From: an uncultured virus (IMG/VR IMGVR_UViG_3300048065_001102)
Lineage: Duplodnaviria; Heunggongvirae; Uroviricota; Caudoviricetes
Length of the DNA: 58,428 nt
Strand: one strand, 5' to 3'
IMG/VR virus record: IMGVR_UViG_3300048065_001102
Shown: piece after piece, positions 18,606-28,967 of the stretch
Numbering within the stretch: the stretch's first letter is position 1
How the letters are laid out: each line of letters starts with the position of its first letter
Translations under genes and position numbers: made by a program
The notes under the pieces: generated by a model
Seen by the model: only the letters and a program-made list of their open reading frames with translations
What the model was told of the DNA's origin: nothing
The model's database searches: none

Positions 18606-21131
18606 TTATTTTTGTTTGGTTTTCGTTTGTAAATCTTGTTTATCATTTACAGGAGTTGGAGTTGGTGTAGTTGATGCTTCAAAATAAATTTCTTTTTTGT
18701 CTTTTATTTTTGCAATCAACAAATTGTTTTCATTACTTGCAATTTCTTCCTGAAGTATTGATTCCGCAAGTGTATCCTCAAGGTATCTTTCAACTGCACG
18801 ACGAAGTGGTCTTGCTCCCATTTTGTCATCATATCCCTCTTCAACAAGAAATTCTTTTACTGCTTTTGAAATTCTAATTGAGTATCCTTTTTCTTTAACA
18901 CGTTCACGTAATTTTTCAATTTCAAGTTCTACAATTTTAGTAATATGATCCTTTGTAAGTTTTCTAAAAATAACCAAATCATCTAAACGATTCAGAAACT
19001 CAGGACGAAATGTTTTTTTAGACTCTTCCAAAATTTTTGACTTTGTAGTTTCATAATCATTTTCGTCACTCTGTCCCGCACCGAATCCAAGAGATACATT
19101 TCTTTGAAGAATATCTGCTCCGACATTAGATGTCATGATAACAATAGTATTGCGAAAATCAATTCGTCTTCCTACGTTGTCAGTTAAATGACCGTCTTCG
19201 AGAACTTGTAGTAATAATTGACAAATATCAGGATGTGCTTTTTCTATTTCGTCAAACAAAACGACTGAATATGGATTTCTACGGATTGCTTCGGTAAGTT
19301 GTCCAGCATCTTCATACCCCACATAACCTGGTGGTGAACCTATTAATCGTGACACAGCGTGTTTTTCCATATACTCACTCATATCAATTTGCACTATATT
19401 ATCTTGACTTCCAAAAATATCTTCAGCAAGACATTTTGCTAAGTAAGTTTTACCCACACCAGTAGGTCCTAAAAACATAAAAGAACCAATGGGACGTTTG
19501 GGGTCCTTTAAATCTACACGACTTCTTCGCAGTGCCTTGGCAATCACATTACCAGCATAATCTTGCCCAATTACTTTAGTTTGTAATCTTTTTTCCAAAC
19601 CAAGTAATCTTTGTGCTTCGGTTTTTTCCATACGACTCAAAGGAACTCCGGTCCAATCTGATATTACTTTTAACATATCGTCTTCACCCACATCAATTTC
19701 TTTATTTTTCCGTGTTTCTTTCCACCTTTGTAATATTTTTTCTTGTCGTTCTTTAAGTCGTCTTTCGGTGTCTCTCCAAGTGGCTGCTTTTTCATAGTCT
19801 TGCTTACTGACTGCTTCACCTTTATTAGCACTTGCTTCTTTTATTTTATCGTCAATGGTGTCTAATTCAATTGGTTTTTTCATAGATTCAATTCTAACAC
19901 GTGATCCAGTTTCATCCATGATGTCAATTGCTTTGTCAGGCAAGTATCTTCCTGTGATGTATCTATCTGATAATTTTACTGCTGATACCAACGATTCATC
20001 TGAAAAATTTACTTTATGATGTTCTTCGTATTTATGCTTTATACCACGCAAAATCAATACACTATCGTCAACTGAAGGAGGTTCAACAATTACCTGTTGA
20101 AATCTTCTTTCTAATGCGTTGTCTTTTTCGATATGCTTACGATATTCTTCCATAGTAGTAGCACCTACACATTGCAATTCACCTCTACTAAGAGATGGTT
20201 TAATTATATTAGACGCATCCATTGATCCTTCGGCTGCACCTGCTCCTACGATTGTGTGAATTTCATCAATAAACAAAATAATATCTCCGGCAGTTTCCAC
20301 TTCCTTCATCACAGATTTTATTCGTTCTTCAAACTGGCCACGATATTTTGTACCCGCAACCATAGCTGCCATATCAAGGACATAAACTTTTTTATCTAAT
20401 ATAAGTTCAGGTACAGTTGAATTGGCAATTTCTTGTGCCAAACCCTCTACTATTGCAGTTTTTCCTACTCCTGCCTCACCAATCAAAATAGGATTATTTT
20501 TTGTTCTACGACACAGAATCTGTATCATTCTTGAAATTTCTTTTGAACGACCAATGACTGGATCTAACTTTCCTTTCTTGGCAAGTTCAACCAACTCTTT
20601 TCCAAATGATTTTAATGCAGGAGTCTTACTTGAAGTTCTGCTTTCTTTAGTTTCACCACCTGCCATTGCAGTTTCAAAATTATCTGATTCAAAACTTGGA
20701 TCAATTTCAGCAAGAACTTCTTTTCTACAAGTATCAACATCTATATCTAAATTTCTAAGAATAGAGCCTGCTTTGCCTTCATCGTCTTGTAAGATTCCAA
20801 GTAACAGATGTTCAGTTCCGACATAACTATGATTTAACTTTTTTGCTTCTTTACCAGCAAGTGCTATTACTTTTTTAAGACGAGGTGTGTGTGTGATATT
20901 ATCATCTAATTTCTTAGATTTTTCCGTGTGTGTGTTTTTTTCAACCTCATTACGAATTGCAACAAAGTCTACTCCCATTCTAAGTAATGCGTTTACCGCA
21001 ACACCTTGACCTAGCTGTATAATTCCAATTAATAAATGTTCTGTTCCAACTGCATCTGCTCCTAATTCAATTGCTACCCGTTTTGATAAAGCAAGTGCTT
21101 GTTGTGCTCTTGGTGTTAAGTCGCCCATCAT
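18606..21131 (-). CDS. clpC: ATP-dependent Clp protease ATP-binding subunit ClpC
   Basis: Two Clp-N repeats (VGTEHLL), Walker A GEAGVGKT and GPTGVGKT, Walker B LFIDE and LFDEIEK, UVR-like middle domain, LGF ClpP-docking loop, GARPLRR. Confidence 0.95.
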   Translation of the reverse strand: MMGDLTPRAQQALALSKRVAIELGADAVGTEHLLIGIIQLGQGVAVNALLRMGVDFVAIRNEVEKNTHTEKSKKLDDNITHTPRLKKVIALAGKEAKKLNHSYVGTEHLLLGILQDDEGKAGSILRNLDIDVDTCRKEVLAEIDPSFESDNFETAMAGGETKESRTSSKTPALKSFGKELVELAKKGKLDPVIGRSKEISRMIQILCRRTKNNPILIGEAGVGKTAIVEGLAQEIANSTVPELILDKKVYVLDMAAMVAGTKYRGQFEERIKSVMKEVETAGDIILFIDEIHTIVGAGAAEGSMDASNIIKPSLSRGELQCVGATTMEEYRKHIEKDNALERRFQQVIVEPPSVDDSVLILRGIKHKYEEHHKVNFSDESLVSAVKLSDRYITGRYLPDKAIDIMDETGSRVRIESMKKPIELDTIDDKIKEASANKGEAVSKQDYEKAATWRDTERRLKERQEKILQRWKETRKNKEIDVGEDDMLKVISDWTGVPLSRMEKTEAQRLLGLEKRLQTKVIGQDYAGNVIAKALRRSRVDLKDPKRPIGSFMFLGPTGVGKTYLAKCLAEDIFGSQDNIVQIDMSEYMEKHAVSRLIGSPPGYVGYEDAGQLTEAIRRNPYSVVLFDEIEKAHPDICQLLLQVLEDGHLTDNVGRRIDFRNTIVIMTSNVGADILQRNVSLGFGAGQSDENDYETTKSKILEESKKTFRPEFLNRLDDLVIFRKLTKDHITKIVELEIEKLRERVKEKGYSIRISKAVKEFLVEEGYDDKMGARPLRRAVERYLEDTLAESILQEEIASNENNLLIAKIKDKKEIYFEASTTPTPTPVNDKQDLQTKTKQK

Positions 21132-21140
21132 ATTATTTAA

Positions 21141-21380
21141 TTATCTCCATTTTGGTTTTTTAAGTGGACATTTGGATTCATGTAACCTAAATCTGAATCC
21201 AGGACATCCACACTTTTTACATTTAAACATACTTTTGTTTGTTTCATATACTTCATAAAAATCACATTTTTTACAATTATTAATTCTATAGTTCCATGTT
21301 TTTTTGTCAACTAAATTTAATTTAGAATTTAGTATTCGTGTTTCTGCTTCTTCATATAATTTCTCTAATTTATTTTTCAT
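21141..21380 (-). CDS. Small Cys-rich protein (R...CxxC...CxxCGC...CP...W; DUF6171-like)
   Basis: RINNCKKC...CKKCGC...CPLKKPKW; paralog of 21950..22231. Confidence 0.7.
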   Translation of the reverse strand: MKNKLEKLYEEAETRILNSKLNLVDKKTWNYRINNCKKCDFYEVYETNKSMFKCKKCGCPGFRFRLHESKCPLKKPKWR

Positions 21381-21909
21381 TTAGACCGATTAAATTTAAA
21401 TCACCTACATCATAATATATATCTAACACAACATATATTAACGGAATCATAACCAGTATAGTAAAATTATACAAAAAATGTAACACTCCGGTTGAAAGAA
21501 ATCCCCAAACTGATTCATTTTTGTCAAAATAAAGAAAATAATTCCATTGAAACATTAATGCAGGTATGAATATTAAAAAAGGCATCCACCAACCATGACC
21601 AATATGAATCACCGAAAATGCAATTGACACTCCAATAATCGTTGTAATTGGTTGGCAATTGAGTTTATTAAAAATTTTTGTCAAAAAAACATTAAATAGT
21701 AATGTCTCAACCCAAGGTGAAAAAAATAAACCATTCAAAAACCAAGTTAAATCATAATTTGCTTTTATTTGAGAATTATATTCCCACCCATATAACAAAA
21801 CCCCAAACCAATGATTTATTACTATTGGAGTTAGTGAAAGGAAATAAAAAGCAATCATACACGATCCAGGTCCCCAAGTCTTTGTTTTGTTATATAAACT
21901 ATTTAACAT
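21370..21909 (-). CDS. CPBP/CAAX-family intramembrane protease-like protein (degenerate)
   Basis: Several TM segments; PWVETLLFN (EExxxR altered), FSVIH, LHFLYN. Confidence 0.65.
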   Translation of the reverse strand: MLNSLYNKTKTWGPGSCMIAFYFLSLTPIVINHWFGVLLYGWEYNSQIKANYDLTWFLNGLFFSPWVETLLFNVFLTKIFNKLNCQPITTIIGVSIAFSVIHIGHGWWMPFLIFIPALMFQWNYFLYFDKNESVWGFLSTGVLHFLYNFTILVMIPLIYVVLDIYYDVGDLNLIGLNEK

Positions 21910-21949
21910 TAGTTTAATATAACTTATTATATTTAAAATTACAAGAATT

Positions 21950-22231
21950 TTACTTTTCTACATCCCACTTTGGTGGATTTAACGGGCAACGACTTGTTCC
22001 TAGTAGTAATTTTGCAGAACTACAACCACACTTTCCACATCTTGCAATTTGTGTTTTTGCAATTTCTTGCCACCAACTACACCCACGACAAATACTCAAT
22101 CTCTGTTTCCATGTAGTTTTTGAAACAACTGGTCGTCCAGCTTTTTGCCAACTTACCATTGAACTTACAAAATTTTTAGCAACTGTACCCAAATCATCAG
22201 CTTTTAATTCGTCATCATCATTTTTTTCCAT
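21950..22231 (-). CDS. Small Cys-rich protein (paralog of 21141..21380)
   Basis: RLSICRGC...CGKCGC...CPLNPPKW; TATTTAT 4 nt upstream. Confidence 0.75.
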   Translation of the reverse strand: MEKNDDDELKADDLGTVAKNFVSSMVSWQKAGRPVVSKTTWKQRLSICRGCSWWQEIAKTQIARCGKCGCSSAKLLLGTSRCPLNPPKWDVEK

Positions 22232-22247
22232 AAAAATAAATACTATT

Positions 22248-22667
22248 TTATTTCAGTTTTTTGGCAAAATTAATAAACTTATCACGATTTATCAAATCAT
22301 ATTTTTTAAATGAAATATTATTTCTAGACTTAAAATTCTTAATTCCTATTTCTGCTGATTTTCTTAAATTATGCTCAAGACAAATTAAAATACCTAAATA
22401 GTCTGCCTCAGTTTCAGTTTCTTGTTTTACAGATTTGTGATTCAGTATCTTATGAGATATTTCGTGTGACTCTATAAAAATTAAATGCTCTTTGCTACCG
22501 TATCCTAACCTTTTTAATGTTGTATAATCAACAATAATAGTATTTCCATTGATAAAAGCATATCCGTGCTCTTCAAATTGATCCTGTAAATCATTATACT
22601 TTTCATCACCCTTCTCTAGATATATCACCATAACTGAATTGTCAAACTTTGATTTTCTATACTTCAT
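22248..22667 (-). CDS. HExxH zinc metallopeptidase-like protein (ImmA/IrrE/M48-like)
   Basis: SHEISHKILNH...ETEADYLG. Confidence 0.75.
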   Translation of the reverse strand: MKYRKSKFDNSVMVIYLEKGDEKYNDLQDQFEEHGYAFINGNTIIVDYTTLKRLGYGSKEHLIFIESHEISHKILNHKSVKQETETEADYLGILICLEHNLRKSAEIGIKNFKSRNNISFKKYDLINRDKFINFAKKLK

Positions 22668-22689
22668 TTCTTTATTATATTATTTTAAT

Positions 22690-25071
22690 CTACGAAATCA
22701 ATAAATTTTTGCTTTCATCACCACTTACAATTGCATTTGGTATTAAAACCTCGGAGTTCGGTGAAATTCCATCATCACTTTCAAGTATGATATAATATCC
22801 GAATCCTGGACACAATTCTGTAAATGGTTGTGTGATAAAATCTGAAATATTCTTGGAATAGCAAATTATTCGTGTACCTGAATTGGTGGTTTCCGTTTGA
22901 TAAACTAATTTAATATTTGAATTAGTTTTTAAATCAAATTTTTCAGTAGCACCTTGGTAACCATACCAAATAAAATTATTAATATTTTTTAGAATATTTG
23001 GGGGTTTTGTATTATCAACTACTTCAAGTGTATCTGTAAATGTTTCGTATCCATTTGTGTACTCTACTTCAACCGAGGTTGGTAAATTTACCTTATTAAT
23101 AGATAAATTAAAACCATTTTGTATAAAGTTTCCTTCGTCAGTAACAATGATTCCATCCAATTTACTAATTTTAATTTTCGTTTTAATAGGCACATCACCA
23201 CGTGATGTTACAAAATTTGCATTTTCAAACGGAGTATTGGTAAATGCATCAGGTAAAATTATTTTTGGTTTACCATTAAAATATTGAAATGAATATGATT
23301 GATATGGATTAAAAGCACATAAATTTTCTGTATAACTTACATTATATATTTTTTTCCACGAACCACTTAATTGATTATCTTCAGTTTGCCAATCTTTAAT
23401 TCCATCAGTTTCTTCGTGTGTGTTTAAAAGGTGAGAATAAATAAAATCCGTTTCAATCCCCACCTCAAAAGATTCTGATGTTAGATCCATAGTAATTCCA
23501 CCTGTGGTTTGTTGTGGATATCCAAGATGTGGTTTTATTTTAAGTGAATAATCATTTACTTCTATTATTTCCCACCAACCATCGTTATAATTGTAATTTA
23601 AATTCTTCCACTTTATATAGTTATCTAACAGAATACCCTCGTCATTTATTGAATATTGTAATAATCCATTATTAGATTTAATTGTATTTGAAAATTTTAC
23701 ATCTGAATCTGCATTAATAAAAATTGATAAAATTCCAGTCGCACTGTCCCACTTAAATATTTTGGTTTTCTTTACAATTTGCTTTGAAATTAAATTTTTA
23801 ATTTTGTTTTTTCTTGCGTTTTCTTTTAACCATTTTTTTGTATTTTGTACCGATTCAGTTGGTTTATCTTGTAACCTCAATGCAATGAGTCCAGATATTA
23901 TTGGACACGCAAAACTTGTTCCATTATAGATTGAATAATTGTTGTTTGTTCCAAACTCTGACCAATTCCAACTTGGTGCAATTATATTATTACCAGATGT
24001 ATTAATAGTATTTCCACGACCATAATTACTAAACGATGCCATTTTGTTTGGGTCTGAATTTGGATACAATCTTCCAGATTTTGTTTGTGTTGCACCCACC
24101 ACTATGACATTTCCCTGACCAGGATCGTAATTATTGGATTCTTCACAACTTAAATTCATACGACCTGCACCTATTTCAGACATCATGGGTCCTCTTACAT
24201 AAGAATTATTGTTTACATCAAAGTCATAAAATCCGTTTCCAGCCGCAATGATTGTATGGATACCAATACTTGCCATTTGCTTACACCCATCATTTAAAAA
24301 ATGATCTGTGCCTGTTTTATCAGACGAAACCCATGTATTTTTTGCATTTGGAAATGTACCAAGACTTAAATTTGCTATACTGGGTCGTCCTGAAGATTCA
24401 GAAAATGAAATTACCGCATCAATTCCAATTGCAATATCCACAGAACTTCCACTTCCGGATTCTTTCAAAACTTTTACTGAGTAAATTCTACTTTTTACTG
24501 CTACACCACACTCAGTCCCCGCTGCCATCAAAGCACTTTTTGTGCCATGACCATTATTATCGTCGTCTTCTACTCCATCCAAATTTAAATTAAAATTTGG
24601 AACACGATTTACTCTGCCTATTAATTTTGGATGATTAAAATTAACACCAGTATCAAATATAAAAATATCAACCCCGTCACCTGTCATTGTAGATGAAAAT
24701 TCATGTAAATCATTTGAATAATCATCTGAGTTTAATAATTCTAAGTGTGAATAATATTCATCACCACTCGAAAAAGTACCAGTAAAAGTAGATTTATTTA
24801 AAACATTAACATTGTCATTTACTTTTTTTTTTGAAACTTCCTGAATATCTACTGCATTACGTTCTATGTCTAAATTTAAAATTTCGTCTTTTTGAATATA
24901 GTCAATACATTTTTCATTTCTAAGTTTAGTTAAATTAACATTATCCTGCAATGGGATGAAATCAAATACAAGCATTTTAAGGTTAGGTAACGAGTTTAAA
25001 ACTCTAAGTTTATACAAATTAGATATTTCCGTGACTTTACTAAAATCATTAAACTTTATCAAATATTTCAT
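22690..25071 (-). CDS. Subtilisin-like S8 serine protease with C-terminal WYG/LECG-type domain
   Basis: Catalytic triad IFIFDTG, NGHGT, GTSFACP; oxyanion AAGN; N-terminal prodomain; C-terminal FIWYGYQG...PFTELCPGFGYYIIL. Confidence 0.92.
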   Translation of the reverse strand: MKYLIKFNDFSKVTEISNLYKLRVLNSLPNLKMLVFDFIPLQDNVNLTKLRNEKCIDYIQKDEILNLDIERNAVDIQEVSKKKVNDNVNVLNKSTFTGTFSSGDEYYSHLELLNSDDYSNDLHEFSSTMTGDGVDIFIFDTGVNFNHPKLIGRVNRVPNFNLNLDGVEDDDNNGHGTKSALMAAGTECGVAVKSRIYSVKVLKESGSGSSVDIAIGIDAVISFSESSGRPSIANLSLGTFPNAKNTWVSSDKTGTDHFLNDGCKQMASIGIHTIIAAGNGFYDFDVNNNSYVRGPMMSEIGAGRMNLSCEESNNYDPGQGNVIVVGATQTKSGRLYPNSDPNKMASFSNYGRGNTINTSGNNIIAPSWNWSEFGTNNNYSIYNGTSFACPIISGLIALRLQDKPTESVQNTKKWLKENARKNKIKNLISKQIVKKTKIFKWDSATGILSIFINADSDVKFSNTIKSNNGLLQYSINDEGILLDNYIKWKNLNYNYNDGWWEIIEVNDYSLKIKPHLGYPQQTTGGITMDLTSESFEVGIETDFIYSHLLNTHEETDGIKDWQTEDNQLSGSWKKIYNVSYTENLCAFNPYQSYSFQYFNGKPKIILPDAFTNTPFENANFVTSRGDVPIKTKIKISKLDGIIVTDEGNFIQNGFNLSINKVNLPTSVEVEYTNGYETFTDTLEVVDNTKPPNILKNINNFIWYGYQGATEKFDLKTNSNIKLVYQTETTNSGTRIICYSKNISDFITQPFTELCPGFGYYIILESDDGISPNSEVLIPNAIVSGDESKNLLIS

Positions 25072-25078
25072 AACCAAA

Positions 25079-25474
25079 TTAACATCCTGAGAACTCTTTC
25101 ATTTTTACGATAAATAGTCTAATACATATATTGAATATATATTTTTCTACGACATCATCATCTGCTCGCATTCTAATTCCATAAGCACCTGATGAATATA
25201 GACTTACTTTTTCTTTTTTAGGATCATACATACTTTCTTCTGCCATTTCTTTTGCTGTGTCTTCGTTACAATAATTTTCTTGTTTAAAGTATGACCGAAA
25301 CATATCTTGAAATTGTGAAAGTTTTACAGCAACATTTTCAGCATTTTCCACTTTTATGTCTTTTATTTTTTCAGAAATTCTATGATATTCACCTGTTTCT
25401 AATCTTATAATAAAATTTTCTATTAAACTCATTATGCAATCTTTTTTAAAATATGTCCGGCCGTTTAGTTTCAT
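25079..25474 (-). CDS. Hypothetical protein
   Basis: Tightly packed ORF in the operon; start uncertain. Confidence 0.6.
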   Translation of the reverse strand: MKLNGRTYFKKDCIMSLIENFIIRLETGEYHRISEKIKDIKVENAENVAVKLSQFQDMFRSYFKQENYCNEDTAKEMAEESMYDPKKEKVSLYSSGAYGIRMRADDDVVEKYIFNICIRLFIVKMKEFSGC

Positions 25475-25480
25475 TTTTAG

Positions 25481-26041
25481 TTACCACACGTTTTTAATTG
25501 TAGGTCCAGTTCCGATATATGCTTTTATTTTTATTTTATCCCATTTAGTTGGATCTCTTTCACCATTATTACCCAAACTTAAAATTGCCATTGTGCGATG
25601 CCATCCCTCCAGCAAACGAAATTCATTTCCTTTGTTCAACATAATTACAGGTTCGTTTGTTCCTGGTTTTAATTTCTGAGCAAGTTTTCTTTGAAACTCT
25701 ATTCGTTTTTCATCATCAGGAACATTATTAGGATTTGCATTTCCGAATTTGCGTTTAATCATTGTTTTTTGATTTGCCTTAGTAAAATCAGAAGCATTCA
25801 ATTCAAGAACTTTTAATTTCCATTTGATTTCAACCCAATCTTCAAATTCATATTCAAGTTCTTCTTCGTCTACATCAGGATCATTTCGCAATATTCTTTC
25901 AAGTTCTTTTTGAAAAAAACCATTATCGGACATTATAAAATCTTTAAACACATATTCCGGCATAGTGTGAAAAGTCCTGTAAAGCAATTCACCTGCATAA
26001 TCTTTTGAAATTTTTTCAACGATGTTACTTAGTTTTATCAT
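25481..26041 (-). CDS. ParB/sulfiredoxin-like domain protein
   Basis: EPVIML...FRLLEGWHRTMA resembles the ParB/Srx PI.V...L.DG.HR..A motif; N-terminal MIKLSNIVE. Confidence 0.65.
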   Translation of the reverse strand: MIKLSNIVEKISKDYAGELLYRTFHTMPEYVFKDFIMSDNGFFQKELERILRNDPDVDEEELEYEFEDWVEIKWKLKVLELNASDFTKANQKTMIKRKFGNANPNNVPDDEKRIEFQRKLAQKLKPGTNEPVIMLNKGNEFRLLEGWHRTMAILSLGNNGERDPTKWDKIKIKAYIGTGPTIKNVW

Positions 26042-26462
26042 TGCTCAAAACAGTTACTACATCATTATGCAATTCTTTTGTAATAGGAGACGGTAACTCG
26101 TTAACTGAAAAATACCCCCAATCTGAATGTTCTTCATCAATTACAGGTTGTACTTCTTCTTCTATTTCTGCAATATAATCGTAAAATACCCCCCCTCCAT
26201 GTGCAGGCCATGCAGACAAAAATTTAACAGATGCAACATTCAATTCAATTTTAGTTTCTTCAAAAGTTTCACGAATAGCTGCTTCTTTTATTTCTTCATG
26301 TGGTTCAACATATCCGGCTGGAACACTCCAATAATCTGGTAACGCAGTATCTGGTATATCCTCTCTTCTTTTACACAAAAGAACTTTGTCTTTACACTTA
26401 ATTAATACTCCACCAAATGCAGGATTTTTATTTTCTGTTCTTCCGTCATCTGTGATTTGCAT
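26025..26462 (-). CDS. Nudix hydrolase
   Basis: Nudix box GYVEPHEEIKEAAIRETFEETKI; EHSDWGYF. Confidence 0.92.
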   Translation of the reverse strand: MQITDDGRTENKNPAFGGVLIKCKDKVLLCKRREDIPDTALPDYWSVPAGYVEPHEEIKEAAIRETFEETKIELNVASVKFLSAWPAHGGGVFYDYIAEIEEEVQPVIDEEHSDWGYFSVNELPSPITKELHNDVVTVLSNDKTK

Positions 26463-26466
26463 AATA

Positions 26467-26754
26467 TTACTCCTTTTCTAAAAACTCACCTTTATCTATT
26501 ATATATTCATCGTCAGCACCTTCAGTTTTAAATTGAAGGTTACCATTTACATCTGCATAATAAAAATGCCTGTAAAAAAGACGATAATCACCAGATGTAA
26601 CCATATCTTCTACATTATCAGCATACTCTGCTAATGAATATCCAGTTGTTCCAAGACATACTTCGGCTTTATGTGCTTTATGACTTGAATAAAATTCAGG
26701 TCTTATAAATCCACTACTACCTCGTCTTTTTCCACTAAAAGGGGATACATTCAT
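26467..26754 (-). CDS. Hypothetical protein
   Basis: 95-aa ORF with TATTTAT 4 nt upstream. Confidence 0.7.
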   Translation of the reverse strand: MNVSPFSGKRRGSSGFIRPEFYSSHKAHKAEVCLGTTGYSLAEYADNVEDMVTSGDYRLFYRHFYYADVNGNLQFKTEGADDEYIIDKGEFLEKE

Positions 26755-26769
26755 AACAATAAATATATA

Positions 26770-27294
26770 TTAAATATTTTTATTATCGTTATATCTTTTA
26801 ATAGATTCTGTTACTATATCAATTGCTTTGTCTTTTGGTAACCAATTTCCAATTTTTACTGTTTTACCTTCAAGGTCTTTGTAATGTTGAAAAAAGTTTT
26901 TTGCCATTTCTAAAAATGACTCATTTACATTATGAATATCTACAATGCTTTTTTTATATGAAGTAACGGGTCTTCCGATTATTTTCCAGTCCATTTCACC
27001 ATCATCTTCCATCTCAAGAACTCCGACCACATGACATCTAACAACACAACCCATTTCCATTGGAGTCCAATTATATGTAAGCATATCAACCGGATCACCA
27101 TCTTCTCCTAATGTAGATGGAATAAAACCATAGTTTGCAGGATAACGCATTGCAGTTTTTAAAATTCTATCGAGACGAAAAGCCTGAATTTCATCATCAA
27201 ACTCGTATTTTTGATTTGTATCCCGTGGAATTTCAATTACACAATTTACTGTTTCCGGTGCATCTTTTCCTACTGGTATCTTTTTGTAATCCAT
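26770..27294 (-). CDS. ppa: Inorganic pyrophosphatase (family I)
   Basis: VIEIP...KYE...LDR...YPANYGFIP.TL.EDGDPVD...MEDDGEMDWK...FFQHYKDLE. Confidence 0.95.
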   Translation of the reverse strand: MDYKKIPVGKDAPETVNCVIEIPRDTNQKYEFDDEIQAFRLDRILKTAMRYPANYGFIPSTLGEDGDPVDMLTYNWTPMEMGCVVRCHVVGVLEMEDDGEMDWKIIGRPVTSYKKSIVDIHNVNESFLEMAKNFFQHYKDLEGKTVKIGNWLPKDKAIDIVTESIKRYNDNKNI

Positions 27295-27345
27295 ATAGTT
27301 CCTTTCAGAGATAAATATGGAATTTGAATGGAAATTATTTTATTT

Positions 27346-27861
27346 TTATAGTTGTTTCTTAAAAAAGTCTTCAACGAATATTTCAATGGCATCTAATGCA
27401 TCATTAATTTCCCATGCAGGACCCTCGTATCCATTCTCAGGTAAATAATTTTTGTCCCCTATTTCTAAGCATTCAAGTTTGTTTGTATATTCAGAGTGAC
27501 CCTCTTCAAACCAAGGAACGTGTTCATCTTTGTTCATCAAAATTATTTTTTCACTGCTTGCACAATCATAGTTATCAAGCATTTGATTAGTTGCCCCAAT
27601 CAAACAAAATGGTATTTTGCGTTTCACCATCCGTTCGTAAGTAGGAATTGCTAATCTGACAGGGACGGTAAATGCTTCTCCGTGGGTGTAATGTTCTGTT
27701 GGTTGTACACGAAGACCACGACTAAATGCACGAATATTCGTAATATTATTTTGGATGCAGAGATAATTAAAACAGGCCTCAGCATACTTGCTCCTATACA
27801 AATTACCTGTACATACAAAGCAGAATTGTTTTACCGGTACTCTTTTTTCAGCAGTTTCCAT
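27346..27861 (-). CDS. Low-molecular-weight phosphatase family protein (LMW-PTP/ArsC fold)
   Basis: P-loop FVCTGNLYRS (CX5R), AFSRGL. Confidence 0.8.
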   Translation of the reverse strand: METAEKRVPVKQFCFVCTGNLYRSKYAEACFNYLCIQNNITNIRAFSRGLRVQPTEHYTHGEAFTVPVRLAIPTYERMVKRKIPFCLIGATNQMLDNYDCASSEKIILMNKDEHVPWFEEGHSEYTNKLECLEIGDKNYLPENGYEGPAWEINDALDAIEIFVEDFFKKQL

Positions 27862-28379
27862 CTTCCTGAATCTAAACGAACTTCACCACTATCAATTTTC
27901 TTGATGATGTCCACAACTTCTTCAATACTATTGTAAATGTATTTATGCGGGAACATCGCAAGCATCCATAATGGAGTTTTGACTTTTCCACCTTCAATTG
28001 CAACGAACACAGGTTTTTGCTCACGAACCGCAGTAACGATTTCTTCAGCAGAACCCCAACTTGCAATTTCAGGTTGTAAATTTGCAATAATAAAATCACT
28101 TCTGTCAACGAGGTTCAAATCGTAATTACGAACTTTCTTCATTCTACGAGTAAGTTCATCATACTTTCCGTCTTCCATCATTTGAAGCATTTCTACTCTT
28201 GCAGGTTCATCTTCGTCTACATCTTCAACGAATGGTTTGTGGTATGGATCAAAAACGGTTACACCCAACGGATTTAATTCCTCTGTAACATAGCCTCTCC
28301 AATCACGACCACTTTTATACTGCATATGACCAACCAAATAGGTTTTGGTTTTCCACAGATTGTTTTTACTTTTCTTCAT
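27831..28379 (-). CDS. Nucleoside 2-deoxyribosyltransferase/Rcl-like protein
   Basis: YLVGHM...WR...VFDPY...DLNLVDRSD...GSAEE...KPVF. Confidence 0.75.
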   Translation of the reverse strand: MKKSKNNLWKTKTYLVGHMQYKSGRDWRGYVTEELNPLGVTVFDPYHKPFVEDVDEDEPARVEMLQMMEDGKYDELTRRMKKVRNYDLNLVDRSDFIIANLQPEIASWGSAEEIVTAVREQKPVFVAIEGGKVKTPLWMLAMFPHKYIYNSIEEVVDIIKKIDSGEVRLDSGRWKLLKKEYR

Positions 28380-28398
28380 CTTATGTTATATAAATATT

Positions 28399-28427
28399 AT
28401 ATTATAAGATTATCAACCATTTGTCAA
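28399..28427 (-). promoter_or_regulatory. Sigma70-type promoter
   Basis: TTGACA-17 nt-TAATAT upstream of the gene starting at 28379. Confidence 0.6.
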
Positions 28428-28433
28428 GTTATT

Positions 28434-28967
28434 TTAACGAAAGTGTTTGTTTAGTAACTTCCACCGTTCACTGTCAATTGGAAGTTTTCCTTGATCAATT
28501 TTTTGTAGTTTTACGATAACATCATCTACCGAATCGTAAATGTATTTATGAGGAATTGTCCAAAACACCCACATTGGTGTTTTATTCTTTCCACGCACAT
28601 TCACAAAGAAAATAGGTTTCTTCATTCGGTTTGCAGTAAAAAACTCTTCCCAACTTCCACAGGTTACAACTTCAGGATCATAAACGAATATTACAAAATC
28701 ACTACGATCAATTAAACTTAAATCGTAACTACGAATTTCTTTGTATGCTTCTACTTTATCATACTCTTCGTTTTTGAGTGCCAACCTAAGTTCATCGTGA
28801 GTTTCTTCATCTTCGTTTACATCCATAATAAATGGTTGCTTGTAATGATCAAACAAATTGATATTCATTTTTTCAAGTTGTGTATTAACATTCTCACGAA
28901 TTTCACGACCATTTGCATACTGCATATGACCAATGACAGTGCAACGGGTTTCCGCCAGTAAGTTCAT
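28434..28967 (-). CDS. Nucleoside 2-deoxyribosyltransferase-like protein (tandem paralog)
   Basis: GHMQY...YDLSLIDRSD...GSWEE...KP.F...PHKYIY...WKLL shared with 27831..28379. Confidence 0.75.
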   Translation of the reverse strand: MNLLAETRCTVIGHMQYANGREIRENVNTQLEKMNINLFDHYKQPFIMDVNEDEETHDELRLALKNEEYDKVEAYKEIRSYDLSLIDRSDFVIFVYDPEVVTCGSWEEFFTANRMKKPIFFVNVRGKNKTPMWVFWTIPHKYIYDSVDDVIVKLQKIDQGKLPIDSERWKLLNKHFR

